The position numbers and the translations under genes are program-made. Under the pieces are notes generated by a model, which searched no databases, was not told the origin of the DNA, and saw only the letters and a program-made list of their open reading frames with translations. Of a stretch of DNA of 64,000 nucleotides, positions 40,850 to 50,844 are shown in pieces. The stretch is from positions 1 through 64,000 of the forward strand of contig CALSSD010000001.1 of the NCBI GenBank assembly GCA_943788915.1. The letters are read 5' to 3'. How positions within the stretch are numbered: the first letter of the stretch is position 1; each line of letters starts with the position of its first letter. The DNA comes from an uncultured Acidimicrobiales bacterium. Lineage in GTDB: Bacteria > Actinomycetota > Acidimicrobiia > Acidimicrobiales > UBA10347.

Positions 40850-41219
40850 TTGACAGGAAACGTCGACAGGCTTTGGTTCACACCCAGCTCAGGTTCTATT
40901 GCGGGGGTTTGTTGTTGCTGTTGCTGGCAATAACTGCATGCGACGCAGAAATTGATCATCTCTTCAACGAAGATGGGTCGCTGACGTACCAAATAGCGGT
41001 TGGCGATGAAATTGATGAAGAGGAAGGCGAACTGATCAGCTGTGACGGCGAGACCGGAACCGAAGAAGGGGGTTTCGTCCTCGAGTATGTGCAACGCGAG
41101 GAGCGAGGCGCTCAGAAACCGAAAACAACGACGTCGGTCTTCCCGTGATCGTTCTGGCCGTCGTTGTGGTCGGCGCTGGAGTCGCCGGCGCGGTGATGTG
41201 GAAACGCCGCACGAACTAG
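40850..41219 (+). pseudogene. Internally deleted or frameshifted membrane lipoprotein remnant (LppM-like layout)
   Basis: Lipobox LLLAITAC and NEDGS in one frame; TM anchor GLPVIVLAVVVVGAGVAGAVMWKRRTN stop in another frame shortly after. Confidence 0.45.
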
Positions 41220-41494
41220 CGCTGGTTGATATGGCGATAGCGACGAGCAGGAGTTCTTAGGGACCGACGGTCAGGCAACCGGTCCAGCACGCATATCAGC
41301 GCGCATGTCAGCTATGGGCAACCGATCGAGAACGGCACCCTCGATCGGTCACAGCGCACCTCGCCCCACTCATAATCGCAACCCGGAATGCTCCGATAAC
41401 CGTCGCACCGCCGGCGAAGTCGCATGCCCTTGTGTGGTTTGAGGGCGAGTCATAATCACCGGGCGCGGCCCGGCCTGCACTCACGCGCTAGGGC

Positions 41495-43282
41495 CTAAGC
41501 GGCGAGGCCGCTGGTCCAGGCTTCGAAGAGTTCGGCGTAGTGTCCGCCGGCCGCAACGAGTTCGTCGTGGGGGCCGAGCTCGACCAGTTCTCCGGCCACC
41601 ACGACACCGACTCGGTCGCAACGTTCTGACGTTGACAACCGGTGGGCGATCGCGATGACGGTTCGGCCTTCCATCAGAGACTCCATGGCAACTTCGACGA
41701 TGGCCTCGGTGCCAGGGTCGACGCTCGACGTGGCCTCGTCCAGGATCAACACCTTGGGATCCACGAGCGCAGCTCGAGCCAGCGACACAAGCTGCTTCTC
41801 GCCAGCCGATAGACGGCTACCTCGTTCTTGTACCTCTGTGTCCAAACCTTGAGGCAGTCGCTCGAACACATCGAGTACGCCGATGCGATCCAGCGCTTGG
41901 CGAATATCGGCGTCGGTCGCTTTGGGTTTTGCCAAACGGATGTTGTCGGCCACGGTCCCAGCAAACAGGAAACCTTCTTGCGGGACCACCACGATGTGCT
42001 CTCGCAGCGAGTCTGTGTCGGCCGTCCGTAAGTCCATACCGCCGATGCGGATCGTGCCCTCGACCGGGTCATAGAACCGAGCCACCAGCTTGGCCACGGT
42101 CGACTTGCCGGCACCGGTTGGACCGACGAACGCTACGCGCTCGCCCTCTTCGATCGTCAGACTCACGCCCGACAGAACACGTTCGCCGGGAACGTATTCG
42201 AACGACACGTCGTCGAGTTCGACATGCCCACTGGCAGGAAGATTCGGGGCGCCGGGTTCGGAATCAATGGTGAGTGGTTCGTCGAGCAGGCCATAGAGCT
42301 TGTGTAACGCAGCTCCTGCAGATTGGATCATGTTGAACAGCTGGCTGAGTTGCTGCATCGGGCCAAACATCGTCTGCAGGATCAAGATGAACGCTGCCAC
42401 CGTCCCCAGCGTGATGCGCCCGTCGCGCACCATCCAGCCTCCGAGCCCAACAGCAAGCGCCGTGCTGAGTGCACCCGCCATCTCGACGACCGGCAGGTAG
42501 TAGGCACCGATCTTCACCGACCGCATATGGGTGCGATACAGACCGTTGTTGGTTTCGGCAAAACTCTCGATCTGCACGTCTTCGCGAGCGAACGCCTGCA
42601 CGACGCGAACGCCGCTGATGCCCTCCTGCAGGCTGGTGAGCGTAGTGCCAATCCGTTCCCGCACAGCCAGGTACGCCAGGTTCGATTCGCGGTGAAACTT
42701 CACGCTGGCCAAAGCAACGAACGGCATCGTCATCAAGCACAGGACCAACAACAACGGATCGAGGAAGATAAGCGTGACCAGCGAGGTAAACAGCAGCAGT
42801 GTTGCGGTCACGAACATGAGCAGCCCGAGCTGCACGAGCACCTGCAACGAGTCGATATCCGATGTCATCCGTGACACCAACACCCCGGCATTCTCTCGGT
42901 CATAGAACGGCATGGACTGCTTCAAAATGCGATCGAACACGCCGGTTCGCAGATCCCGCAGGAAGTTCTCGCCGACGCGGGCCAGTGTGGCGATGGCCAT
43001 CCGGTAGCTGCCGTAGGCAAGCACTGCCACGATGACGTATCCGATGATCGACTGATTCAGCGCGCCGCGATCGCCGACCGAGAGGCCGTTGTCGATGGCT
43101 CGGCGCACCAGCAACGGACCAGCCAGGCTGGTGAGCGCAAACACGACCAGGAGCCCAGCCGCCCGGAACGCCTGGTTTCGATACGGCCGGACTCGACGGA
43201 AGGTCCGTCGTAGCACCTTGGTCGTCGCTTCCCGATCCAGCTTCTCGTTCTCGTCGGTGCCACCGGCAAACCACATACCCAT
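41495..43282 (-). CDS. ABC exporter, fused permease/ATPase (heterodimer subunit)
   Basis: TM domain plus GPTGAGKS, LSAGEKQ, LILDEATS. Confidence 0.9.
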   Translation of the reverse strand: MGMWFAGGTDENEKLDREATTKVLRRTFRRVRPYRNQAFRAAGLLVVFALTSLAGPLLVRRAIDNGLSVGDRGALNQSIIGYVIVAVLAYGSYRMAIATLARVGENFLRDLRTGVFDRILKQSMPFYDRENAGVLVSRMTSDIDSLQVLVQLGLLMFVTATLLLFTSLVTLIFLDPLLLVLCLMTMPFVALASVKFHRESNLAYLAVRERIGTTLTSLQEGISGVRVVQAFAREDVQIESFAETNNGLYRTHMRSVKIGAYYLPVVEMAGALSTALAVGLGGWMVRDGRITLGTVAAFILILQTMFGPMQQLSQLFNMIQSAGAALHKLYGLLDEPLTIDSEPGAPNLPASGHVELDDVSFEYVPGERVLSGVSLTIEEGERVAFVGPTGAGKSTVAKLVARFYDPVEGTIRIGGMDLRTADTDSLREHIVVVPQEGFLFAGTVADNIRLAKPKATDADIRQALDRIGVLDVFERLPQGLDTEVQERGSRLSAGEKQLVSLARAALVDPKVLILDEATSSVDPGTEAIVEVAMESLMEGRTVIAIAHRLSTSERCDRVGVVVAGELVELGPHDELVAAGGHYAELFEAWTSGLAA

Positions 43283-45114
43283 TAGCGACCACCGTCCACT
43301 GTGGTCACGTCGGTTACATCGGCAGCAAGCACTTCTCGATAACGGTCGTTCGATGCCAGCAGTTCGGTGTGAGTGCCTTGGGCAACCACACGTCCCTGAT
43401 CGATCAACACCACCCGGTCAGCCAGTGCAATGGTTGCTGGTCGATGCGCTATCACGATGGTGGTGCGCGACTTCATCGCCTCGCCGAGTGCGTCTCGGAT
43501 CTCATGTTCTTTGGTCGGGTCAACCGCCGAGGTGGCGTCATCGAGAATCAGCACTCGGGGATCGGCCAGGATCGATCGAGCAATTGCCAACCGCTGGCGT
43601 TGCCCGCCAGACAGCGACAGGCCCCGTTCGCCAACTTCGGTGCGGTACCCGTTTGGCAGTTGATCGATGAACTCTTCGGCGCCCGACAGCCGAGCTGCCC
43701 GGCGAACCTGCTCCTCGGTCGCAGCCGGATCAACAAAGGCGATGTTCTCAAAGACCGACGCCTGGAAAAGAAACGTGTCCTCGAACACGATGCTCACGGC
43801 TCGGCGAAGGGCTTGTGGGTCGAGGGAACGAACATCGACGCCGTCAAGGCGAACAGTCCCGGCGTCGACGTCGTAGAAACGGGGCAGCAGGCTAGCCAAG
43901 GTCGTTTTGCCAGACCCGGTAGCGCCAACAAAGGCAACGGACTCCCCCGGTTGGATCGAAAGGGTCAGATCCTGGAGAACCGGTTCACCTTCGTGACCGG
44001 GGTACGCGAAGTCGACGTGCTCAAACTCGACACCGCCCAGCGGTGCCGTGGTCGGCAGCGATGTCGGCGTCTCTGGGGCAACGATGCGTGGTTCCACCGC
44101 GAGCAGCTGGCTGATACGCACGCCGGCTGCGGCGGCCCGCTGAGCATTCGCGACCGTCATACCCATGCTGCGCAGCGGTTGGATCAACAACATGACATAG
44201 ATGTTGAAGCTGATCAGCGTGCCAACCGTGAGATCACCTTCGATGACCAGATGTCCGCCGTACGCCAGCACCGCGATCAGGCCAATATTCGGGGCGATCT
44301 CCATCGCCGGCAGATAACGAGATCGCACCAGCGATGCCGTGAGTGATTCGTGGCGCAAGTCGTCTGCTTCGACACGCAGCGCCTCGGCTCGCACACCCTC
44401 GGCGCCGAATCCCTTGACCACCCGCACACCAGCGACGGTCTCCTCGACCACGGTTGCAAGCTGCGCCGACTCACGCTGCACACCCATGATTGCGGGGTGA
44501 AGCTTCTGAGCGAAGCGCCGACCGAGCACGTTGACCAACGGCAACGTTGCCAGTGCCAACACGGCCAACGCCGGCTGCGTCAGGAACATGATGATCACCG
44601 CACCGGCAACCAAAACGAATTGGCCGGTGGTGAGCGGGATCATCGTGATCACGTCTTGGAAGTTCTGCAGGTCGGTATTGGCTCGACTCATCAGATCGCC
44701 GGTTGCATTGGCGTCGTGGAACGAGAAGTGCAGCCGCTGGATATGCGCGAAGACCCGGTCACGCAGTCGCGACTCGATCATCCGGCCATTACGAAACGCC
44801 ACGAAGCGCCGCAGCCCCAGGCTCACCGACGACAGGACACCGGCGGCAACGATCAGCATCGTCCACACCAGGAGGGAACCATCTTTTTCAATGCCTCGGT
44901 CGATGCCCTGTTGCACCAGCAACGGAATCGCAACCCGACCGATCGACCAGCCGAGGGCCACAATCTGGCCATAGATAATGAAGCGGCGTTCTTCCTTGAT
45001 CGCTGACCAAAGAAGCTTCCAGCCAGCCTTGGCCGACGCACGTTCGTCGGCCTCTTCTGCAGCCTGTGTCAGATTTTCATTGGGGACGCGTACGACAGCA
45101 CTCAGTGCAATCAA
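43282..45114 (-). CDS. ABC exporter, fused permease/ATPase (degenerate-site subunit)
   Basis: GATGSGKT, LSGGQRQ, LILDDATS (Asp replacing the catalytic Glu). Confidence 0.9.
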   Translation of the reverse strand: MIALSAVVRVPNENLTQAAEEADERASAKAGWKLLWSAIKEERRFIIYGQIVALGWSIGRVAIPLLVQQGIDRGIEKDGSLLVWTMLIVAAGVLSSVSLGLRRFVAFRNGRMIESRLRDRVFAHIQRLHFSFHDANATGDLMSRANTDLQNFQDVITMIPLTTGQFVLVAGAVIIMFLTQPALAVLALATLPLVNVLGRRFAQKLHPAIMGVQRESAQLATVVEETVAGVRVVKGFGAEGVRAEALRVEADDLRHESLTASLVRSRYLPAMEIAPNIGLIAVLAYGGHLVIEGDLTVGTLISFNIYVMLLIQPLRSMGMTVANAQRAAAAGVRISQLLAVEPRIVAPETPTSLPTTAPLGGVEFEHVDFAYPGHEGEPVLQDLTLSIQPGESVAFVGATGSGKTTLASLLPRFYDVDAGTVRLDGVDVRSLDPQALRRAVSIVFEDTFLFQASVFENIAFVDPAATEEQVRRAARLSGAEEFIDQLPNGYRTEVGERGLSLSGGQRQRLAIARSILADPRVLILDDATSAVDPTKEHEIRDALGEAMKSRTTIVIAHRPATIALADRVVLIDQGRVVAQGTHTELLASNDRYREVLAADVTDVTTVDGGR

Positions 45115-45171
45115 CTCCAGAGCTCGACCATGTAACTTACCGGCCGCCGCGGCATCGGCTTGTCGTTACCG

Positions 45172-45975
45172 TCAGTCGGGAAGTACGGAGAAGCTGGTGA
45201 TGGTCGGGCCGTCGGGAAAATCGGCTTCGAAGTGCGGTTCGCCGTCGTTCCCATCTGTTCCTCGCTGCAGCGGCCCGACAGCAAGTCGGGCGATGAGCGT
45301 GCCGTCGCGTTCGACCAACTGGACAACACAGTCGATCGTTATGTCGCCTACCAGTTCACAACCGCCGCCGACACCGGGTTCGCTGTCGATTTCGACCAGT
45401 ACCGGATGCCCCTGCCGAATTGGTGGGGGCAATTCATCGAGCCCGAAGGAGTACTGCGTGGTGTCGAGGCCGAGTTGCCATGCTTCGACAAACAGCAGGA
45501 CTGCCGATTCGATTCGATCCGGTGGGTCTTGGAAGGAAATGAAGTTGTTGCTGACCCAGCCGTCGACGGCGCCATCGACCGTTGTATAGATCACGGGCTG
45601 GAAGTTGTCATCGAGGTCCGTTCCACCCGACACGATGTTGCAACTCGAGCGCGGGATCGATGCAAGGATTTCTGCGTCGGTCGACGGTGCCGCTCGCAGA
45701 TTGAGGGTGCTGTCAACACCCGACACACAGAACCGGTTCGGCCATTCACCAACAAATGCTGGCACTGGCGACGTTGGTTCTGCGGCCGGTTCAGAACCAA
45801 CGGTTGGACTTGCCGTTGCTGCGCTGGTCGGCGACGCATCACCACCGTCGGGTGACACAACCGTTGTCGGCGCTGCTTCGTTCGCTTGCTCTGGCGCGGA
45901 TTCTCCACCGCCGCAGCTCGCCGCGAACGCCAGCAGTGCACTGACCACAACCATGCTGAACCGTGTCGTTCTCAT
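45172..45975 (-). CDS. Lipoprotein with bacterial SH3-like domain
   Basis: Lipobox FAASC, Pro/Thr linker, LNLRAAPSTDAEILASIP...GWVSNNFI. Confidence 0.65.
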   Translation of the reverse strand: MRTTRFSMVVVSALLAFAASCGGGESAPEQANEAAPTTVVSPDGGDASPTSAATASPTVGSEPAAEPTSPVPAFVGEWPNRFCVSGVDSTLNLRAAPSTDAEILASIPRSSCNIVSGGTDLDDNFQPVIYTTVDGAVDGWVSNNFISFQDPPDRIESAVLLFVEAWQLGLDTTQYSFGLDELPPPIRQGHPVLVEIDSEPGVGGGCELVGDITIDCVVQLVERDGTLIARLAVGPLQRGTDGNDGEPHFEADFPDGPTITSFSVLPD

Positions 45976-46058
45976 GCTCCACAGTATGAACGATCGCCAG
46001 CCACGTGCACGCGGGAGTTTCCCTCGACCCCCACTCACCGGATCAGACGTCGCGACAA

Positions 46059-47201
46059 CTAGGCCTGGGGTGTGATGAGGGCCTTGTCGCCGGTTGCCAT
46101 CAGGCCGTAGCGCTTGACCATCGCCGGGTCGACTACGTCGGTGAACGATAGCCGCATGCCGTAACTGCTGGCGAAGGTGGTGGTGATCTCGTCGGCCACC
46201 CGCTGACGCAGGCGATCCGCACCCTCCTGGCCGATCTTGCCTAGGAACGGTGTGAGCAACCAGCCGCCAAGCCCCCATGACATGCCGAAGTTGCGCGTGA
46301 TCGTCGTCGCTCCCCGGTCGAGCCCACCATAGATGTAGACCTGCTTGTGCGTGTCTGATCCGTAACGGCTGAACTCATTCGCTTCTGACGCCACCCGTTC
46401 CATGCACATCAACAAGGTGCCAGCGAGCTCACCGCCACCGATCGCATCGAACGCAATAGTGGCTCCCGTCGCTCGCAGCGCTTCGGTCAGATCGTCGACG
46501 AACGTCTCTGCACTGGAGTCGACCACATGGGCCGCACCCATGTCGTTAAGCAGTGCTACATGTTCGGGCTTACGCACGATGTTGACCAGGTCGACGCCAT
46601 CGATGATACAGATACGGTTGAGCATCAGTCCCAGGTTTGAGGCACCGACGGTGTGGATGAGCGCAGTGTGGCCTTCGGCTCGCATGGTCTCAACCATGCC
46701 GAGCGCAGTCAGAGGATTCACGAATGCGGCGGCCGCATCGGCTGGGTCTGTGCCGTCGCCCATGACCAAACACTGAGCGACATGCAGCACTCGATATTCG
46801 GCGTACGCGTTGCCAGACAGGAAACCAACGACCTTGCCCATCAGCGCTTGTGCTGCATCTGAGGACCCCGCGGCAACAACAGTGCCGCCGCCTTCATTGC
46901 CGGTGGGCATGGGTTTTCCCAACCGACCGGCAGAACCAGCGAGGACCGCTGGCGATAGTGATACTGCGACCGCTGGCAGATCGCCATCGACAGCGGCTGC
47001 GGTGCTCACGTCGCCCCCTGCGAACAACATGCCAAGGTCCGAGGGATTGATCGGCGCGGCCTCTACTCGGACCAACACCTGGTCGTCGCCGAGTTCACCT
47101 ATGTCGCTGCTCCGAAGCCCCAGCGTGACCGTGCCGTCGTCGGTCACCGTCGATCGCAGCTCAAGGCATGAAGTCGGAAGGTCAGTGGTCGTGTCGCTCA
47201 T
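46059..47201 (-). CDS. MDR-family (GroES-like) NAD(P)H oxidoreductase
   Basis: VEAAPINPSDLG, GNEGGG, FVNPLTALGM, FDAIGGG. Confidence 0.85.
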   Translation of the reverse strand: MSDTTTDLPTSCLELRSTVTDDGTVTLGLRSSDIGELGDDQVLVRVEAAPINPSDLGMLFAGGDVSTAAAVDGDLPAVAVSLSPAVLAGSAGRLGKPMPTGNEGGGTVVAAGSSDAAQALMGKVVGFLSGNAYAEYRVLHVAQCLVMGDGTDPADAAAAFVNPLTALGMVETMRAEGHTALIHTVGASNLGLMLNRICIIDGVDLVNIVRKPEHVALLNDMGAAHVVDSSAETFVDDLTEALRATGATIAFDAIGGGELAGTLLMCMERVASEANEFSRYGSDTHKQVYIYGGLDRGATTITRNFGMSWGLGGWLLTPFLGKIGQEGADRLRQRVADEITTTFASSYGMRLSFTDVVDPAMVKRYGLMATGDKALITPQA

Positions 47202-47259
47202 GCCCCCATTCAACTACCTGCAGCGCGAAGGGACGCGTACTTGGTACATGTGCGTGCGG

Positions 47260-47664
47260 TCAGAGTTTGGGAACGAGTTGGGTGCTCTCGACGATTCGGG
47301 AGTCAGCGAGTGCTGCGGCTCTCATTGGGGCGATGGCCTGGTAATCGGGATCGTTGAACATCTCGATGAACTGTCGACGGGTGGGATAGGTAACCAGGAT
47401 GATGATGTCCCACTCTTCGTCGCCACCGATGACGGTGTGTTTGCCTCGGCCCATCCACATGACCGAACCGCCGAAACGGGGCTCGAGCTCTGCGAAGGCC
47501 TGACCGTACTTGGTGTACGCCTGGCGGCCAGTAAGCCCGTCGACGCCATGACCTGACTCGGCCTGATCCCGGTACTTCAGCAGGTTGAGCATCACGACCG
47601 GTTCATCAAGATCGCTCTTGGCCATCTTGGCGATCACGTCGTAGTCAGCATGTATATGTCCCAT
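47260..47664 (-). CDS. DUF1330-domain protein
   Basis: PVVMLNLLKYR...TGRQAY.KY...EWD....YP...R.AALADSR. Confidence 0.8.
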   Translation of the reverse strand: MGHIHADYDVIAKMAKSDLDEPVVMLNLLKYRDQAESGHGVDGLTGRQAYTKYGQAFAELEPRFGGSVMWMGRGKHTVIGGDEEWDIIILVTYPTRRQFIEMFNDPDYQAIAPMRAAALADSRIVESTQLVPKL

Positions 47665-47687
47665 GTCCCGAAGCTAACAAGCCCGAC

Positions 47688-49154
47688 TCAACACTCAATG
47701 ATCCGGACCGGGATACGCACTGCAAGCCCGCCTTCGGAGGTCTCCTTGTACTTGACGTTCATGTCCTGCGCGGTCTGCCACATGGTGTCGATGACATCGT
47801 CCAAGGTGACTCGGGCCAGGTCAGGTAAGCCTTCCAACGCAAGGTGGGTAGCAGTAATGGCCTTCATTGCTCCCATGGCATTCCGTTCGATACACGGGAC
47901 CTGCACGAGCCCACCAATCGGGTCACAGGTCAGGCCGAGATGGTGTTCCATGGCAATCTCGGCCGCCATCAGCGCTTGGGCGGGCGAGCCGCCCCGGACC
48001 TCGACAAGGGCTGCAGCAGCCATTGCGGCTGATACTCCGATCTCGGCCTGGCATCCTCCCATCGCGGCCGAGATAGTGGCCCGCTTCTTGAAGATCGCGC
48101 CGATCTCGGCAGCCACAAGCAGAAACCGGATGGCGCTTTCGTCGGTGGCAGTTCCCGTGGCCAGATAGTGCGCCAGCACTGCCGGGATCACACCAGCAGC
48201 ACCGTTGGTTGGAGCGGTCACGACTCGACCAAAGGCCGCGTTCTCCTCGTTCACGGCTAGCGCAAAACAGCTGACCCATCGCACCGTGTGGTCAAAGTTG
48301 GGGCGAGCGCTACACACCGCCTGAAACCAGTCGTCTGCCGAGTCGAACTCGCTGGCAGCACCCATGAGCGTCTGGTGAAGACCAGCAGCTCGCCGTGATA
48401 CTTCGAGGCCACCGGGCAACACCCCTTCGGTGCAGCAGCCTCGAAACATGCACTCGACCATCGTGTCCCGGATCCGAAGCAGACCGGTGTCGATCTCGTC
48501 ATCGGTGCGCCAATGGCGCTCGTTTCCACGCACGACGTCCGCGATCGAGCAGTCGAGATCTTGGGTCCAGCGCAAAAGATCCTGTGCCATTTCAATCGGA
48601 AATGGCAGGGTCACGGGCTCCGGCGCTTCAACCCCCGTGTCCTCACCAACGATAAACCCGCCGCCGATCGAGAAGTATCGACGCACAAGCGGCTCGTCAT
48701 TCGCACGGACAGCCGTAATCGCCATGCCGTTCGGGTGGAAGTCAAGCGACTGGTCGGTGCGGAACTGGATGTCGCGTTCTCGTTCGAACGGAACCCCGTG
48801 GTGGCGTCGCAGCCGGAGTTCGCCGGCCAACGCCACGTCGGCCCCAAGCCTGGTGATGAGGTCGACCTCACACGTCTCGGGGTCTTCGCCACGCAGTCCC
48901 ATCATGATGGCGACACCGGTGCCATGGCCTCGTCCGGTCTTGGCCAACGACCCGTACAAGTCGACGTTGACCGACTCGACGTCGGTAAGCGCTCCGGCGG
49001 CTTCGACTTCGTCGAGGAATCGGAGCGCCGCCCGCCATGGACCAAGGGTGTGTGAGCTCGACGGCCCCACACCAATCTTCAACATGTCGAACACACTGAT
49101 CGCCGATCGAATCCGCCGATCCGGTATGTCCAGTTGATCTGAGACGATAGTCAT
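47688..49154 (-). CDS. sdaA: L-serine ammonia-lyase (Fe-S dependent)
   Basis: [43 protein letters not shown]...[16 protein letters not shown]. Confidence 0.92.
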   Translation of the reverse strand: MTIVSDQLDIPDRRIRSAISVFDMLKIGVGPSSSHTLGPWRAALRFLDEVEAAGALTDVESVNVDLYGSLAKTGRGHGTGVAIMMGLRGEDPETCEVDLITRLGADVALAGELRLRRHHGVPFERERDIQFRTDQSLDFHPNGMAITAVRANDEPLVRRYFSIGGGFIVGEDTGVEAPEPVTLPFPIEMAQDLLRWTQDLDCSIADVVRGNERHWRTDDEIDTGLLRIRDTMVECMFRGCCTEGVLPGGLEVSRRAAGLHQTLMGAASEFDSADDWFQAVCSARPNFDHTVRWVSCFALAVNEENAAFGRVVTAPTNGAAGVIPAVLAHYLATGTATDESAIRFLLVAAEIGAIFKKRATISAAMGGCQAEIGVSAAMAAAALVEVRGGSPAQALMAAEIAMEHHLGLTCDPIGGLVQVPCIERNAMGAMKAITATHLALEGLPDLARVTLDDVIDTMWQTAQDMNVKYKETSEGGLAVRIPVRIIEC

Positions 49155-49201
49155 GGGTGCTCCCCGAGGTCGGGCTGATCCTAATCCTGCATGTCGCGCT
49201 G

Positions 49202-49561
49202 ATGTTGCGAACGAAGGCCAACCCGAACAGCGCGAGCTACGGCCCTGCGATCGCTGGTGTAGAGATTGCACCCCTCACCCCATCGATCGGTGCGGTGGTG
49301 AGCAGCGTCGGCCTGGCCCACGATCTGCAGGATCCGACAATCGAGGCCACTATCAAACAAGCCTTTCTCGACCACCAGGTGCTGGTATTTCGCGATCAGG
49401 AACTGACTCGCAAACAACATCAGGACTTCGGCCGCCGCTTCGGTCGGCTCCATGTACATCCAAGCCAATGCCACGATGGCTACGAAGGCGACCAAGAGAT
49501 CTTCCCCGTCGAGGCCGATGAAGCCACCGGGCTCACCAACGGCGCCTTGTGACATAGCGAC
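49202..49561 (+). pseudogene. TauD/TfdA dioxygenase N-terminal fragment
   Basis: PLTPSIGAVV...HQVLVFRDQEL...FGRRFG.L.VHP, then TGA where Trp precedes the HSD iron motif, then similarity is lost. Confidence 0.75.
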
Positions 49562-49637
49562 AATCGATGCGTGCAGCACTACGCGGTGTGAAACCATCGC
49601 CCGCAACGACGCATCGACGAACGAGCAATAGTCGCCA

Positions 49638-49696
49638 GCACCGTCACGGAGGGTCTGACCCCGCGTGACGGAGGGTCTGACCCCGCGTGACGGTGC
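49638..49696. repeat. Composite mini-repeat: GCACCGTCACG inverted ends enclosing a 22-bp tandem duplication with GGGTCTGACCC palindromes
   Basis: GCACCGTC-(ACGGAGGGTCTGACCCCGCGTG)x2-ACGGTGC. Confidence 0.8.
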
Positions 49697-49938
49697 CACG
49701 GCTCTTCGATCGCAACGGCAACGCTGGTCCAACCGTCTGGGCCGATGGTCAGATCGTGGGTGGCTGGATTCAGCGACCCGATGGCAAGAACGCCATCGAG
49801 GTCGCCCGAGGACTATCGAGCACCCATCAACTCCTTCTCAACGAGGCGATCGATCAGCTGCAGCTCGTGCTCGGTGATGCAATGGTTCGCCCTCGGTTCC
49901 CAGCGCCAGTGCAGAAAGATCTATTCGCTCGGGCCTGA
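49696..49938 (+). pseudogene. C-terminal fragment of an AlkZ/YcaQ-like (HTH_42) DNA glycosylase family gene
   Basis: LFDRNGNAGPTVWADGQIVGGW.QRPDG...VRPRFPAP.QK.L, recognised from memory; no N-terminal part present. Confidence 0.6.
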
Positions 49939-49981
49939 ACCTGTCTGACATACTCCGCTGATTACCGACAAGGAGAGTGCT

Positions 49982-50773
49982 ATGACCAGCGAACAAGGAC
50001 GAGTCGCAGGCAAGGTCGCCATCGTGACTGGTGGAGCCTCAGGCATTGGACATAGTTGTGCGCTTCGACTGGCGGGAGAAGGCGCCTCGGTCATGGTCAC
50101 CGATATCCAAGACGACGCTGGCGCTGAAACCGTCGCCGCTATTGAAGACAAGGGTGGTGTTGCAGAGTTTCTGCATCACGACGTGACCAGCGAATCCGAC
50201 TGGCAGTCCGTTGTGGCAGCAACCATGGCATCGATGGGCGGCGTGCATGTACTGGTGAACAATGCCGGTATCGGTATCGGCGGCAGCATCGTGACCATGA
50301 AGCTGGCCGACTAGCGACGCCAGCAAGCCATCAACCTCGACGGCGTGTTCCTGGGCATCAAACACTGCATCCCCGCCATGCAAGAGTCAGGCAGCGGGTC
50401 GATCATCAATATGTCATCGGTCGCTGGCCTCAAGGGTTCCGCCAACCTTGCGGCCTACAACGCAACCAAAGGTGGCGTACGAATCTTCACCAAGGGTGTC
50501 GCACTCGAGTGCGCCCAGAGCGGCTGGCCAATTCGAGTGAACTCGGTGCACCCAGGCATCATCGATACGCCTATCTGGACCAAGCTCAATCCTGAGTTCC
50601 AGAAAGATGGCTCACACATCATCGACGCCAATGCGCTCGCCCGGGCAGCTGTTCCGACCGGCGTGTTGGGCACCCCGCTCGACATCGCCAACGGCGTGCT
50701 CTTCCTGGCCAGCGACGACTCCAGCTACATCACCGGCACCGAACTCGTCATCGATGGTGGCCTCTCCGCCTGA
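49982..50773 (+). CDS. SDR (3-alpha,20-beta-HSDH/cyclopentanol dehydrogenase-like) with in-frame TAG at 50312
   Basis: TGGASGIG, NNAGI, YNATK, RVNSVHPG; ORFs 49982..50314 and 50345..50773 share one frame, TAG at a typical Trp position. Confidence 0.8.
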
Positions 50774-50844
50774 GGGCAGACCTCAGTGCGACCGCCGATT
50801 CAGGTGGTCACCGAGTGCCGCCAGGCAGTGATGGCCTGACTAGG

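Noticed and set aside
50312..50314. Stop-codon recoding (TAG or TGA read as an amino acid; also 49550 and about 33893)
   Set aside because: TAG and TGA end many normal genes here; isolated TGG-to-stop or CAG-to-TAG changes are better explained by mutation or sequencing error
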